Program-made: the position numbers and the translations under genes | Shown: in pieces, positions 29,205 to 43,460 of the stretch | Numbering within the stretch: the stretch's first letter is position 1 | Layout: each line of letters starts with the position of its first letter | Assembly: GCA_951406725.2 (NCBI GenBank) | Contig: OX597822.1 | Location: 73,470,001 to 73,534,000, forward strand | Length of the DNA stretch: 64,000 nucleotides | Origin: Octopus vulgaris | Taxonomy: Eukaryota | Direction: 5' to 3' | The notes under the pieces: model-generated | The model's database searches: none | Told to the model about the DNA's origin: nothing | What the model saw: the letters and a program-made list of their open reading frames with translations, nothing else

Positions 29205-30058
29205 ATCAGCATGCAAAACTAAATGCAATACCCAATGAATACACTGGACCCGGAGGAATAGCAATCCCAGAGGCACAATCAGTGCGTGAACTAGGTATTT
29301 ACATGAGTGATGACGCGACCTTTCGGTACATGTTGCTAAATTGGCAATGAAATGTAGACGACTGGCCGGATGGATCCTCAGAACCTTTAGAACAAGAGAA
29401 CAAGAAACCATGATGGTCCTCTGGAGGACACTTGTCCTAAGCCACTTTGACTACTGCTCTCAGTTATGGTCACCATCCAGTGTCAAGTTGATCACAGAGC
29501 TCGAGGCGATCCAACGTAGCTACACGAAGAGGATAGCCTCTATGCAGAATGTAAGCTACTGGGAAAGACTCAAGAGATTAAAACTATATTCCCTGGAGCG
29601 TAGGCGAGAAAGATATGCCATAATATACATCTGGAAGATCCTGGAGGGACGTGTCCTGAACTTTGGCATCGAGAGTTACGCAAATGCCAGAACTGGGCGC
29701 CACTGCGTGGTGCCTAGGACTCCAAACTTGCCATCAAGATGTAGGACAAGATTCTGTGATAGCCTGGGCTTCCGAGGCCCACAGCTCTTCAATATCCTCC
29801 CGAAGAACCTGAGAGACCTGCATAGGGTGGATGCAGATGTCTTTAAAATGAAGCTGGATCTCTTCCTGTCAGGTGTCCCAGATGAACCAACTTCACGGCA
29901 GGAGGGGCAGATGAGGGCAGCTGCATCGAACTCTCTCATGCACCAAATGGCAGTTGCTAGAAAGCTTTCGTGAAGTGAAACCAAGTAGCAACACCAAATG
30001 GCGGTGCCCCAGCATGGCCACAGCTCATAAGCTGAAACTAGAATCAATCAATCAATCA

Positions 30059-30062
<4 letters not shown>
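29205..30062 (+). mobile_element. CR1/L2-group LINE 3' end (RT C-terminus plus 3' UTR) with (ATCA)n tail
   Basis: LGIYMSDD...LVLSHFDYCSQLWSP...LEAIQRSYTK...SYWERLKRLKLYSLERRRER...GPQLFNILP; 5'-truncated. Confidence 0.9.
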
Positions 30063-30115
<53 letters not shown>

Positions 30116-31877
30116 GACAGTTCTTTCAGTTTGTGTCTACCAAATCCACTCGCAAGGCTTTGATCGGCCCGAAGCTATAGTAGAAGACACTTTCCCAATG
30201 TGCCATGCAGTGGGACTGAACCTGGAACTATGTGGTTGAAGAGTAAGTTTTTTACCACACAGCCACACCTGTATATATACACGTATATACCCAAATACAA
30301 ACAACCATGCATAATATATACATATGTACATTAAATATATACGTGTGTGTATGTGTGTGTGCATGTGTGTGTGTATGTGTGTGAGTGTGTGTGTGTACAC
30401 GCACAGTTTCACACAATCAAACAAATACGCACGAACAGCCATGCATATACACACACCTCGATATATATCTTTCAAGAACTGATAGCGTCTTTCTTGTTGA
30501 CTCAATCAAATCGTCATCAGGACTAGACCATTCCTGTGAATTACTTAAGTAACAAGGCTAAAAGTTAATATGGTGCTAATTCTTTCGAATATGGTTCACA
30601 CAAACAAACTGGATCAGACTAACCTAGAACTAAACAACAACAATCGAAATAACAACAATACGTGGCTAAAATTAGAATAAAGCCAACCAGTTCAATTGCA
30701 AGACACATTTTTCTGACATAAATGTATTTATGAAGAAATTCTTTCTAATTTTGGCAATTTTGATGGAAGGAGGCAAGTCGATTACAACAACCTCTGTGCT
30801 TTCTGGTAATTTATTTCATCGACACCCGAAAGCATGAAAGGTAAAGTTGACCTCAACGGGATTTGAACTCAGAGCGTAAAGAGCTGGAAGAGCTCAGAAC
30901 AAAGAAATACTGCAAAGCATTTAAAAAATTTTTTCGACGCACTAATGATTCTGGTTCCGGTCAGCAAGTATATTTTTTATGCTCTTAATCGATGAACGGG
31001 GAATCCCTCAACTGCAGCAGGTGGCGATTGAAATGAAGGCAGGTAATATAGATCTCGTGTCTTGAGTTTAAGAGAGATCCAGACCAACGAAGCTATAAGG
31101 ATCCTTGCTCGCACTGCTATTGAAAGCTTGCATTGTCCACTCCCGTTTATATAGGACCCCGCCTGCTCTATGACCTTTGTGTTTGTGAAATATCTTTTAT
31201 CGTTGTCTGTACTTGTTCCAATCATTTTACTACGGCAACGCTGAAAGGCTTCCTCGAACAATCAACGATGGTACTTCTTTTTATCACGTCTGATAATTTA
31301 TTCTCTCGTTCTTTTTTGGCGAACCGCTAATGATACGAGGATGTAACAAACGAATATCGGTTGTCAAACATTGGCGGAAACAAACACACACACCAGCAGA
31401 GCAGGTCTGCTTAATCGTCTACATGTTGCCAAGTGTAAAAGTAGACGTACGTGAAACCAATACCAACTTTCTGACCGGTTATATGTCTTGACCAAGAATA
31501 TACTACTCGTCTACATTATATATATGTATGTATGTACGTACGTACGTATGTATGTATGTATGTATGTACGTACGTACGTATGTATGTATGTATGTATGTA
31601 TGTATGTATGTATGTATGTATAGTGTTAGGCGTGATGTACATTTTGTATTCAAAATATAACTCAAAAGAGGAGAAAAGAAAGAAAGAGGAAGAAAGAAGG
31701 AAAGAGGAAGCAAAAACATTTTCAGTGATGACCACACCGCACCTGAGTGTGGGATTTCTTTTCTTTTTCTTTTTTTTTTTTTTTTTTGAAGAGGTCACCA
31801 TCCTTAAACCCATGCCAATACAATAGATGGTAAATGACTAAATAAATAAATAAATTGTGAATAGGAAGGCGGATCCC

Positions 31878-31923
<46 letters not shown>

Positions 31924-32431
31924 CTATTTATCTGTCTGACTATCTATCAATCTATCTTTTTCCTCTCTGGTGAATCTCTCGTCAACTTCTTCAAGTATTA
32001 CTTGAAGAGGAAGGTGAGAGTAGAGAGAGAAGTTTTGTCTAGTGAATGCTTCAATAAAAGTTGGGTGAATGTAGCAATGATGGCACGTGTGAATGATGGA
32101 GCCACCTTAAGCATAATCCTATGAACCAGAAAAAGAAAGGAAAAACAAGTCACTTACTGTAATGTGTTTTTTGCATGACATTATTGCCCGGTGTTACCGT
32201 GGTCTTTTCCGTAGGCTTTTCTTTCCACGGATAAACCTAATCTGTTTCTCCTTTTACATTATGACATTTCTGTGATACATGATCCCTATTGATCGGCTTT
32301 TTTTCCACGATCCCTTTTGATCGAATTTCTACCTCCACCACCACCACCTTTTTTTCTCTTCTTCCCCAAAAGAAATGCTCTATTTTGTATTTTGGCTCCT
32401 GTGTTCAGCCCTGTGTGGCAATAAAGAAACA

Positions 32432-32482
<51 letters not shown>

Positions 32483-32927
32483 CTATCCATCTATCTATCT
32501 ACCTATCTATATTTCTATCTATCTATCTCCATTGTCAATGGAACCTCACCCAAAAAAATAATAACAATGTTCTCTTCTTCCACACAAAACCCCAAAAGAG
32601 CATCTGTTTTATATAAATGAACAAGCTGTTTGTACATTCACAAAATTCTATTTGACAAGTTCGAGAAACGAACGAAAGCGCTGATAATAGTGAAGAAATA
32701 AAAAAATTTCTTCCAAAATTCTGACGACTTTTTTCTCAATATATATATTTACATATATATACCGTGAAGTATATTTGCCACTTAAATGTGGCTAACCCTT
32801 AAGGGTAGATGCGACTGTAGCTTGTATCCCCAGGAGGACACCTCCTCCAGCTGGCTATTGACACACTTTCTGTGCCCTATGAGTATTTGCAAAGGGAAGC
32901 CATCCTTCCCATCTTCAATCTGACATG

Positions 32928-32978
32928 ATACAAGCGGACTCGTGTTTCTGGGTATTGACCCGTCATCAGCGTGTGACA
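32928..32978 (-). ncRNA. Minimal hammerhead ribozyme motif with intact core and GUC site
   Basis: CACACG-CTGATGA-C-GGGT-CAAT-ACCC-A-GAAA-CACGAG-TC-CGCTTG. Confidence 0.7.
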
Positions 32979-33094
32979 ATCACCGATTGCCGATGAAAAG
33001 TGGGTTCCCCTTGCAAAAAATTACTGATATCGAAAAAGTGTAAACAAGCAATAATAAATCTCTGAGCGAAGTATATATATATATATATATATGT

Positions 33095-33337
33095 AAATAC
33101 AATAAGAGGCTTCCAAATAGGAAAGCGTTGTGCTAGAAAGAGCAGTAGAAATCTCAAAACCACAAAAAAGGATAAATTCACGAAAGGAATGAAAATTAAA
33201 AAACGTTTACCATCTCAACTGGCTAAACGTTTTTAATTTTCATTCCTTTCGTGAATTTATCCTTTTTTGTGGTTTTGAGATTTCTACTGCTCTTTCTAGC
33301 ACAACGCTTTCCTATTTGGAAGCCTCTTATTGTATTT
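33095..33337. repeat. Near-perfect long hairpin (~115-bp arms, 14-nt loop)
   Basis: 33095-33209 is the reverse complement of 33224-33337 with one homopolymer indel. Confidence 0.95.
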
Positions 33338-33426
33338 CTATATTAATAATATATAGTCTAATGACTAATTCGTTTTTTGTGGTAGGTCACTGGTAATAAT
33401 AATTTATTATTACCTTATTGTAATAT

Positions 33427-33475
<49 letters not shown>

Positions 33476-34215
33476 GGCGGGCTTCCATACAGTTTCCATC
33501 TCAGAGCTTGCGTTGAAGGCACCCAAGTTGCCGCGGTGTAGGACTGAACTTGAAACCACCTGTTTGCAAAGCGAATTTCTTAATGGTATAGTCATGTCTG
33601 CATCTATATATAAATGCCTTGAATTTTGGTATCAACCTTACATGAAACCACAGCGTTTGATCCAAGGAAATTTTGGATACTATTTCTAGCAAGGGAAGCG
33701 ACCACATACAATCTATCTCATTAGCTCGAGTGATATAGCGTTTTTTTTTTTTTGCTGTTATTCAGCCCCAGGTCAGCCTCGATCAAGCTGACCTGACGTT
33801 AAATAAGCAATTTTGCTAATTCAAGCCCCGATTTTCACTTTTTGTTTACCTTGACCGAGCAGACGTATAGTGAAAAGCATTCAGCTGAGATCTATTCTTT
33901 TTATCTCTTGAACTTTACTCACTGTTTAGTGTATCTCTCTTTTCCATAACAGAACAGTATAATTTAAGGAACATGTGTATAATGTTTATTGCAATACAAT
34001 CCTCGTTCCTGTTAGGTTTGTTAAAATTACAACGTTCTTATATATAAAACGAACGCGTTACGAACACATTTTCCAAATAATGGGACAAGGGCAATTACTC
34101 TTACGACTTTTACATTTCAAGTTATTTCCCTTGTAATTTATTTTATTTTGTAATTAATTGTGCTTCGTTAACCAGTTAGAGATATCCTCTTGAGGTAAAA
34201 ATAATCACAGAAACA

Positions 34216-34289
<74 letters not shown>

Positions 34290-34322
34290 CTGGTGGTGGT
34301 GGTGGTGGTGGTGGTGGTGGTG

Positions 34323-34375
<53 letters not shown>

Positions 34376-34385
34376 TGTTGTTGTT

Positions 34386-34425
<40 letters not shown>

Positions 34426-34760
34426 GGACAGTGATAGTGTTGCTGGTGGTGATGGTGTCGTTGCTGCTGTTGTTATTTTTGTTTTCAAAACTCCGTGGGA
34501 TTATACTTTGTTTCCCATTTTAGAAGTCTGTTTTTTTTTCTATTATTATTATTATTTTATTGCTCTGCCTTGTTTCTTAGCTAACCGGAATCATAACGGT
34601 CTGATCAAAATCTTTTTTTTTTTCACTCATTCTACGGCACAAAAACAGAACACAAAAGAATATTTGTCAAAACAAAAACTTATTTTTTAATGGTGCCGTC
34701 TTTGTCGTTATTGTCGTTCAAGAGGAAAAAGTTTTTCACATCTACTATACAACACTACAG

Positions 34761-35147
34761 TGGAGGCGCAATGGCCCAGTGGTTAGGGCAGTGGACTCGC
34801 GGTCATAGGAACGCGGTTTCGATTCCCAGACCGGGCGTTGTGAGTGTTTATTGAGCGAAAACACCTAAAGCTCCACGAGGCTCCGGCGGGGGATGGTGGT
34901 GATCCCTGCTGTACTCTTTCACCACAACTTTCTCTCACTCTTACTTCCTGTTTCTGTTGTACCTGTATTTCAAAGGGCCGGCCTTGTCACTCTCTGTGTC
35001 ACGCTGAATATCCCCGAGAACTACGTTAAGGGTACACGTGTCTGTGGAGTGCTCAGCCACTTACACGTTAATTTCACGAGCAGGCTGTTCCGTTGATTCG
35101 GATCAACCGGAACCCTCGTCGTCGTAACCGACGGAGTGCTTCCATCC
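34761..35147 (+). mobile_element. tRNA-derived SINE family C, full-length with 12-bp TSD
   Basis: Head TGGCCCAGTGGTTAGG...GGTTTCGATTCCC; TSD ACAACACTACAG at 34749-34760 and 35148-35159. Related copies at 7385-7665(-), 15630-15870(+), 16165-16405(-), 26955-27330(-). Confidence 0.88.
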
Positions 35148-35566
35148 ACAACACTACAGACGTAGAAGTCATTAAAATACTAATAGCGGTATCTAAATCA
35201 CAGATTTTTTAATTATTCGTTTTTTTTTAATTAAACAGTTTGAAACTTGGAATACTGGTAGAATTTCTCACGTGGAACACGGTTTACTCTGAACTTTGAC
35301 AAAATTTCGTATTTTAGAAGTTATTTCGTGTTAAAGTTGTCGTATTTGGATAAAGGAATGCACGGTGCTGACTAGAAAAGAAAGTAATCGACTTAATCCC
35401 TTTGTCTGTTCCCTCTATGTGTAGCCCCTTGTGAGCAATGAAGAAATATATCAACTATTTATATTTATAGCAGATAATAATAACAATAATAATATCTATA
35501 TAAATGTTCACTTCTGAATATTTACTCCTCATTTGTATGTATATACAAACAAAAGCTTACATACAT

Positions 35567-35639
<73 letters not shown>

Positions 35640-35652
35640 TGTGTGTCTGTGT

Positions 35653-35704
<52 letters not shown>

Positions 35705-35826
35705 GTGTGTTGATGTGAGAGACAAAACACATGTATGCAGGACATTTTGGTTAGGTTGTAGAGATGAAATTTAGCAGAATACGTTGTTTCATTAATGTTC
35801 TTCAGTAATTATTATCATTGATAATT

Positions 35827-35909
<83 letters not shown>

Positions 35910-35973
35910 GGTGGTGGTGGTGGTGGTGGTAGTAGTAGTAGTGGTGGTGGTGGTGGTGGTGGTGGTGGTGGTG

Positions 35974-36004
<31 letters not shown>

Positions 36005-37731
36005 CAGCAGCATTTGCCCTTGTTCTTATCACCATCATCATCATCATCATCATTATCGTAACTATGTAACATTATCGTAACAAAGATAACATTAAAAGGA
36101 ACAAACAGGTAAAAAAAAACAAGCTTAATCTATGAATCCAGCAATCACTAAACAAAAACAACACAACAACAACAAAAAACAAATGAAACATAAAATGAAA
36201 ACATTAAATAAATAAATTAATTAATACCAGAAAAAAACAGGTGGTTTAAATCTCAAACTAAAATTTATTTACACTAGACATCCATTCGACGTATGACAAC
36301 GGCTGAATCTTCATCTTTGTAATAGTAACTTCTCAAGATTGCAACTTCGTATTAAAGAAATATTGCTTTGTTTCCCTGATAAACATGAATTCCAAATTAA
36401 GATCAACATTCTGTGTTTTGATTTTATTCTTCACCATGGTTTTGGCGTCAGAACGACAAGGTATGCATTTGTTGTTTAAGATTACAGTCATTGCTTGTAA
36501 TTGTAGTTAAATCCAGCAAAGATTTTGGTCCTTCTAGTGTGTAGTGATGTGCTTCTAATAAGCCTGTCTTGGGCCCTTTACTTAATCTCCATGTAATATA
36601 TATGAGACAGGTGCAAATATGACAAATGTTTGTGTGCGTTTTCATAAATGTATATATGTATTAATGTTGGTTTTACTATGTAAATATGTGTGTAAGTATG
36701 TATGCATGTATGTATGTATGTATGTATGTATGTATGTATGTATGTATGTATGTATGTACACATGCATGTATGTATGTATGCATGTATGTATGTATGCATA
36801 CGTCTATGTATGCATGTATGTTTGAATGTATGCACGCATCATCTTTCTTGGCATATGTATGTTTGTATCTATGCATATGTGCATGTAAGTACTTTGTATT
36901 TATGCTTGCATGTGTGTATGTTTGCATACTTTTATTTGTATGGCTACATGTATGTATATATATATATGCATTTATGTATCTTTGTTTGTATAATTGCATG
37001 CATGTATGCATGTATGCATGTATGTATGTTTGTATATATGCATGTATGAATGTATGTATGTATATGTTTGTTCTCGGTTTTATTTTTCGAAATTCTCACC
37101 AATGTTGAATAAATTCCAATGAAAATGACAGAACTGGTCTAAACAAGACTTTCATTTTCATTAGAATTTACACAATTTCAAACAGGGTCGTCCTGTATGA
37201 GTGCATACAGGGCTGCCCAGTACGTTAGATGAATTTCTCCATTGATAGGCATAATCAATAGCGTAATATCGCAGCCAGCATAGTTACAAGAATGCTGTCA
37301 ATACAGATATATACAAAAACAGTGAAAAAGAATCGGTGCTGCAAGTGGCGACCAATCTAATACTGCTTCTGTTGCATATAACGGGTTTTAATTTTGCCGT
37401 CTCTCGAACCTTAAATTACATATTTCAAAATCCACGACGTGCATTCAATACTCTGTACTTCAATACTCTTTTGCAGGCTACTGTTTGAGACCTACTGGTA
37501 TACATGCGCCGTATATGATATATTTTTATTCCTTTACATGTTTCGGTCATTAGACTGCGACCACCGTGAGGAACCGTCTTGAAGAGTTTAGCAGATCAAA
37601 AATTATTTTTAAGATTGGTGCTTATCCTATCAGTCTCTCTGTACCAAACCGCTATATTACAGAGACGTAAACAAACTAACACCTATTGTCATATGGTGAG
37701 AAACAAACTCTACATACAAAGATATATATAT

Positions 37732-37770
<39 letters not shown>

Positions 37771-37777
<7 letters not shown>

Positions 37778-38339
37778 AAGGGCTTAGAAGAGAAATTTTC
37801 TAGCCTATATGCTGAGAAATAAACGCTAAATCGTCTCACCACTCAAAAATACATGTGCTGAATTCGACGCAACAAACCAACGGAAATTATTAATAAAATA
37901 GATATTCCTGTATTAGCTAAGTTTTGGATCTGCTCAAAGGCTCTTCCGTCATCAGCAGGGAATACTTAAGAAAATAAATGAAATATTTATACATACTCAC
38001 AGGAAAGCAAAACGCAAAGCCACAAATACATATAAATACCCAGATATTTCCGAAACAAATTTCGTAACTTGCCTCAACATATGTATTTGGTCAGCATAGC
38101 AGTTAGGTAGCTATGTTGTCCCGAAGTGAAGAAATTTTTCAGTTACAATAATAGAGGATAAAACTTAATTATATGTATAATTATAACAATTATAATAAGG
38201 GCTTACAAAAGACATTTTCTAGGGTATATGCTGAGAAATATGTCTTTGAAATGTGTCTTTGAGTGGTGAGACGATTTAGAGTCTATTTCATAGCATACAG
38301 GCTAGAAAATTTCTTTTCTAAGCCCTTATTATAATTATA
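37771..38339. repeat. Element bounded by ~80-bp inverted repeats with a partial direct copy
   Basis: 37771-37853 inverted at ~38250-38336; direct copy at 38188-38240. Confidence 0.85.
37903..37964 (-). ncRNA. Degenerate hammerhead ribozyme motif
   Basis: TATTCCCTG-CTGATGA-CGGA...TCC-AAAA-C-TTAGCTAA-TA-CAGGAATA: long stem I, palindromic stem III, G12 mutated. Confidence 0.6.
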
Positions 38340-38372
38340 CAGAGAGAAAGAGGGAAAGACAGGAAGAAGTAC

Positions 38373-38444
<72 letters not shown>

Positions 38445-38466
38445 GGGAAAGACAGGAAGAAGTACT

Positions 38467-38521
<55 letters not shown>

Positions 38522-38599
38522 AAAAGAAAGAAAGAAAAAGAAAGAAAGAAAAAGAAAGAAAGAAAGAAAGAGAAAGAAATGAGACAACACCACATCTAC

Positions 38600-39240
38600 A
38601 ATTTAAAAAATCAATAAAAGAACAAAAGGGAAAATTATCTCGTTCAACCTCCTCTGTATACAAGTCTCCACAACTATTTTTTGGAATAGTCCAAAAACAC
38701 TTTCCCACAAAAACCACAATTACCACAAACTAATAAACATACACAACATGAAAATATTATATTCTGCAATTAACAACTTCGAACCACTTAAAACTTTCTA
38801 ACTGTAAAAAAAAAAAACGAGACACACACAACAACAATTGCAAGTTCAGATATTTGCCCTTCCCTCTAAACGAAACTGTCTCACAGGTCATATTGTCGAT
38901 AGCACAACTATAGCCACAAACGCCATACTACGTAATACATTCACATATATAAGGTTTACTGCAACAAAAATCCACGCTTGAAACCGAACAAAAGGAATAT
39001 TTATAACTTAGTCCACAAACTGTACCTTCTTAAAGCACACAGGATAAAATTATTGAAATAGTAATCAAATAACATCAATAATAATTAAACCCTAGTTAGA
39101 AATCTACCGACTAACCAACTTTACCAGCAATTAATATTCGTTTGTGAACCCTAAAAAACCAACTCCGTGACCTGAAGCTGACACACTTAAATAGACACAA
39201 TTGGTTATAAAGCTTTATTTGCCCTACTTCCTAATTATCA
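38600..39240 (+). mobile_element. Penelope-like (Poseidon-type) element remnant, RT thumb/linker to GIY-YIG
   Basis: IVQKHFP..HNYHKLINIHNMKILYS (cf. KHFP..HKIFN.NT.K.SYS), NC...CP...NCLT, TYIR (YIG-like), read across frameshifts. Confidence 0.62.
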
Positions 39241-39459
39241 TGCAACATAACTCTACCTACCCCAGAAAATAAACAAACTTACTAGAAACTATATAAAGTC
39301 AAGATGAACTCAAATGTGTTACAAACCAATGAAGGCTAGAAGGCCAAAACTTCGAAGTCCCTGTCTCCACCCTTCTTGAAAAAGTATAATAAATAGTGTT
39401 GAGTAATCCTTCAATTAAATATAACTCGACATAAAAGAAAACACGCACACACATACACG

Positions 39460-39506
<47 letters not shown>

Positions 39507-39959
39507 ACACACACACACACACATTAAATAAAACAAACTTCTAAATCACGCACACAGCACCATGCCTGTTAAACTTTTCTGTATTTTCTTTTCATTCTAG
39601 ATCTCACAGCCCTTACGCTGCATACATCCTACACTAAATGCTATGCTTCCTGTTGTAAGTTAAATATAAGGAACTTGTCAGCCAGCAGCCTGATGTGGTT
39701 TTGTCATAGATTGTGTTTATCTATAATATTGAAAAGCACCGATATCGTAGGTAAATCCAATGCAATTCTACATTTTTCATTGATGTCCACCTTTCCTCCT
39801 TCGTATTCTTCTAATTGTTGCTGTTGTTGCTGTTGTTGTTTTACATGTTTGATGTTGCATTGATCTTCTTGTTGCTGATTATGTCGCTGTTGTTTGGTGC
39901 ATAGGTCACTGTGAAGGAGCAAATGCTTTTTTTTTTTTTGTTAATTTTATCTTAGCCAA

Positions 39960-40378
39960 AACGCAGGTGTGGCAGTGCGGTAAGAAATATGCTTCCCAAC
40001 CACACTGTCTCGAGCTCAGCCCCATTGCGTGGTACCTGGGGCAAGTGTCTTCTACTGTAGCCTCGGCGCGACCAAAGCCTTGTGAGAGCATTTGGTAAGC
40101 GGGAAATGAAAGAACCCCGTCGTACATAGGTATGTGTGTGTGTGTGTGTGTCTGTGCGCGCGCGCGTGCGTGTGTGTGTTTGTCCTCCCACGCCGCTTGA
40201 AAACTTGTACTGATGTGTTTGTATTCCCATAACTTAGCGGTTCGACAAAAGAAACCGACAGAATAAGTACCAAGTTTTAAGATATAATAGGCACTGTAGT
40301 CGATTCATTCGACTAAAATTCTTCAAAGTGATGCCCCAGCATGGCCACAGTCTAATGACGGAAACAAATAAAAGAAAA
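39960..40378 (+). mobile_element. SINE family A copy
   Basis: Colinear similarity to 3661-4078 in the opposite orientation. Confidence 0.85.
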
Positions 40379-42599
40379 TACAAAAAAGGAAGAAAGGCAG
40401 AGCCTGTGCCCCTTTGCAGTGTGCCTCTATAATTGATTGGAAGGTGATAATGAGGGCGATATCGTGAAACTGAACACCGAACCCGAAGTCTTACAATAGA
40501 GAGGAAACTTTTCTAAAGACACCCAAGATGCGGGGTGGTGGTATACAACGGGATGAGAGGTTAAGTCTACCCGAATACCACGCAAGTAGGTCTTCGCGGG
40601 ATTTGAACTCAAAACGCAAAGATGCAAGAGAAGACATTGCACAACATTCAGTTAGATGTTCTTACAATTCCGCTAATCCATCGCCCTAAATTGGTAACAT
40701 TTTTATTGTCGACCCCGAAATGGTGACAGGCAACGTTGACCACGGTGAGATTTGAATTCAGAGCTCACACAATTGGATCAATTATTGCGAAGCAGTTTAT
40801 TCGATACACTAAAGTCTTTACCATTCGCTACTTTCCAACTGTGATCATTCTATCTTTTCCCCAAAGATTTTTTCGGACTACATTTTTTTAAATGGTTCTT
40901 ACTTCAAATTATGTGGTGTGATCTTGACTGCTATTTCTAGCATGTAGAGAGACAATATTGAAATTTTCATGTTGGCTGCTGCTATTTGTAATATCGTTAT
41001 TGTTGTTGTTGCTGCTGCTGCTGCTTAATCACCAGATCAATCCTCAATCATACTAGTTCAATGAGCGTTCTGACAGTGCCGTATTTTAACCCCCTATGAG
41101 TTAATACTATATTATATTCATGAGTTAAGCTTATATTATATTCATGCGTCCTCGTTATTCATTCTGATACAATGTCATTGTGACATCTGACTACTTCTTG
41201 TGAGTCGAGCAACTACACAAAGACACTCCCTCCTCCTCTCGTTGTTGATGTTGGTCTGTTCGTTATTGTTGCTATCGTTGTTGTTATTGTTGCTGTCTGT
41301 GCCTTTGTAACTGCTATCGATGTTATTCTTAATGTTGATGCTGGATCATTGTTCTTCCTATTGTTCTTGCTGTTGTTTTCGTTGCAGTTATTGCTAATGA
41401 AGAGGCGGCGATCTGACCGAATTGTTAGCTCGCCGGACAAAATTATTCGCGACATTTCTTCCGGCTATATGTTCTAGGTTCAAATTCCACCGAGGCTGAC
41501 TTTGCATTTCATGCTTCCGAGGTCGATAAAATAAGTCCCCCGTTGATCACTGGGGTCGATGCAATCGACTTCTCCCCTGCTCTGAAATTGCTGGCCTTGT
41601 ACCAAAATTTGAAACCATTGTTAATCGCTTTTCAATGCGGGGAGCTGACAGAATCGTTATCACACTAGAAAAGATGCTTAGCAGTATTTCGTCCATTTTT
41701 ACGTCCTGAGTTCAATTTCTACCGAAGTCGGCCTTGCCTTTTACCTTTCAGGGTCGATAAAATAAGTATCAGTTGAACACTGGAGTCGATGTAATCGAGT
41801 AGTCTCTTCCCGAATTTCAAGTATTGTGCTTATAGAAGAAAGGGTGGTTAGAGAGGCAGCGTTGGGTTAACCGTTGGCCTCCAAACACATCAAATTTAAA
41901 TACCATGAACTGCTACGTTCGGAGCGTTGGCAAAATCGTTAAAGCGTCGGAAAGAGTGCTTAGTGGAGTTTATTCCAGATCTTTTCGTTGTAAATTCGAA
42001 TTCCACAGATGTCGACTTTTCTTTTCATCTGTACGAGGTGCACAAAATATAGTACTAGTTAAGTTCGTTAAGTCCTGGGGTCTATGTAAATGATTCACTC
42101 CTTTACTTCAAAATTGTGCCTAAAATCAAAGAAATATACATTTGAAGACGGCAAGCTGGCAGAATCGTTAAATGGTCAGAAAACTGCTTTGCGGTATTTC
42201 TTCCTGTTCGCTCCGTTCTGAGTTCAAATCCCATCGAGGTCGAGTTTGCCTATCAACCTTTCGGGGTCGATAAAATAAGTACCATTTGAGCATTGGGGCG
42301 GTGTACTCGACTATCACTCTCTCCCCAAATTTCAGGCCTTGTGCCTATAGTAGAAAGGATTATTATTTTGTTCGAGCGATCGGATAGTAGAATCATTAGA
42401 ACGCCGAAAAAAGGGGCCTTACGACACGTTCCCGCTCTTTACGTTCTGAGTTGAAATTCCGCCGAGATCAACTTTGCGTTTTATCCTTTCGGTGTCTATA
42501 AAGTAAAGTACCATTGAAGAACAAAGGTCGATTAACACTTCCTCCTAAATAAGACATGATATTTTTCTTGGCGGTTGAAGTACGCAGTGGAAGGCTGTA

Positions 42600-43032
42600 T
42601 GTATTTCAACAAGTCTCACCAATTCTTAAAAAATCCACGTAACCCAAGACTGGATGTCAGACAATCCTTACGATCAGGTAACACCAATTTTGTGGCCTTC
42701 AAACACATCAGATTTAAATACCATGGACTACCACGCTTTGGAGCGATGTTAAAAGGGAGACTAATCGAGATTCGCACAATCCCATGACTTCAATGAAAGT
42801 CACCGCTGTCCATGTGATGTACGAAATGAATATATTTAGTGCAGGCATGTCATCGATATCGGCCCGATTTTGAGCAGTCATCGAAGCTGAAGGTGGATTC
42901 ATTGAATAATCATATAACAAAGTTTATTGTGAACGTGTGCAGAATTTTTTTTTATTAAAATACCTTTTTTTTTTTTGCTATATTAGACTTTGTTTTATTA
43001 AATTACCAAATTTGTCCTCAAATGCCTCTATA
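42600..43032 (+). mobile_element. Tc1/mariner-superfamily transposase C-terminal remnant with right end
   Basis: WPSNTSDLNTMDY (WPxxSPDLNPxD-like)...AVIEAEGGFIE*; terminal ...TGCCTCTATA. Confidence 0.65.
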
Positions 43033-43139
43033 ATGCCTGTTTTTATATGAAATTATTCAAAAGCGGTCAGACACACAATTTAAGAATCACTCAATACTTC
43101 TTCGCTCATTAATCTTCCATACACACATCCTCGTATTTT

Positions 43140-43460
43140 GCAACTCCTTTTCGTTGTTGTAGCGGTCGAGTAAGCGTTGACAAGTCACCACACAATTGCG
43201 CTTATGCACTTCGGTGAGTTCTCTTGACGTCCATCTTGCACAGACTTTACGGAAGCTTATCGTGGATGATTCCGCGTGCAGAACCATGGCTGATTTGCAA
43301 AGAACATGCCACCACATCGATGGTCACTCGTCGGTTCGCCAGAACCATTTCTCCATTTTGTTGAATAGTCACGTCAGTGATGGAGGTTGATGGCCGTCCA
43401 GCTCCCGCTTCGTGCTTCACGCTAGTCCGACCATTTTTTAGAAAACTCTCGATCAAGTAC
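43140..43460 (-). mobile_element. mariner transposase HTH fragment
   Basis: GRTSVKHEAGAGRPSTS...NRRVTIDVVACSLQISHGS...IIHDKL/FRKVCARW.SRELT (WVPREL-like). Confidence 0.85.

Noticed and set aside
29341-29973. 210-aa ORF as a host gene
   Set aside because: C-terminal part of a 5'-truncated LINE ORF2, frameshifted upstream
34761-34835. tRNA gene (also the heads at 18989, 45964, 57118)
   Set aside because: A/B boxes run directly into SINE bodies, some with TSDs, and no proper cloverleaf or terminator is evident
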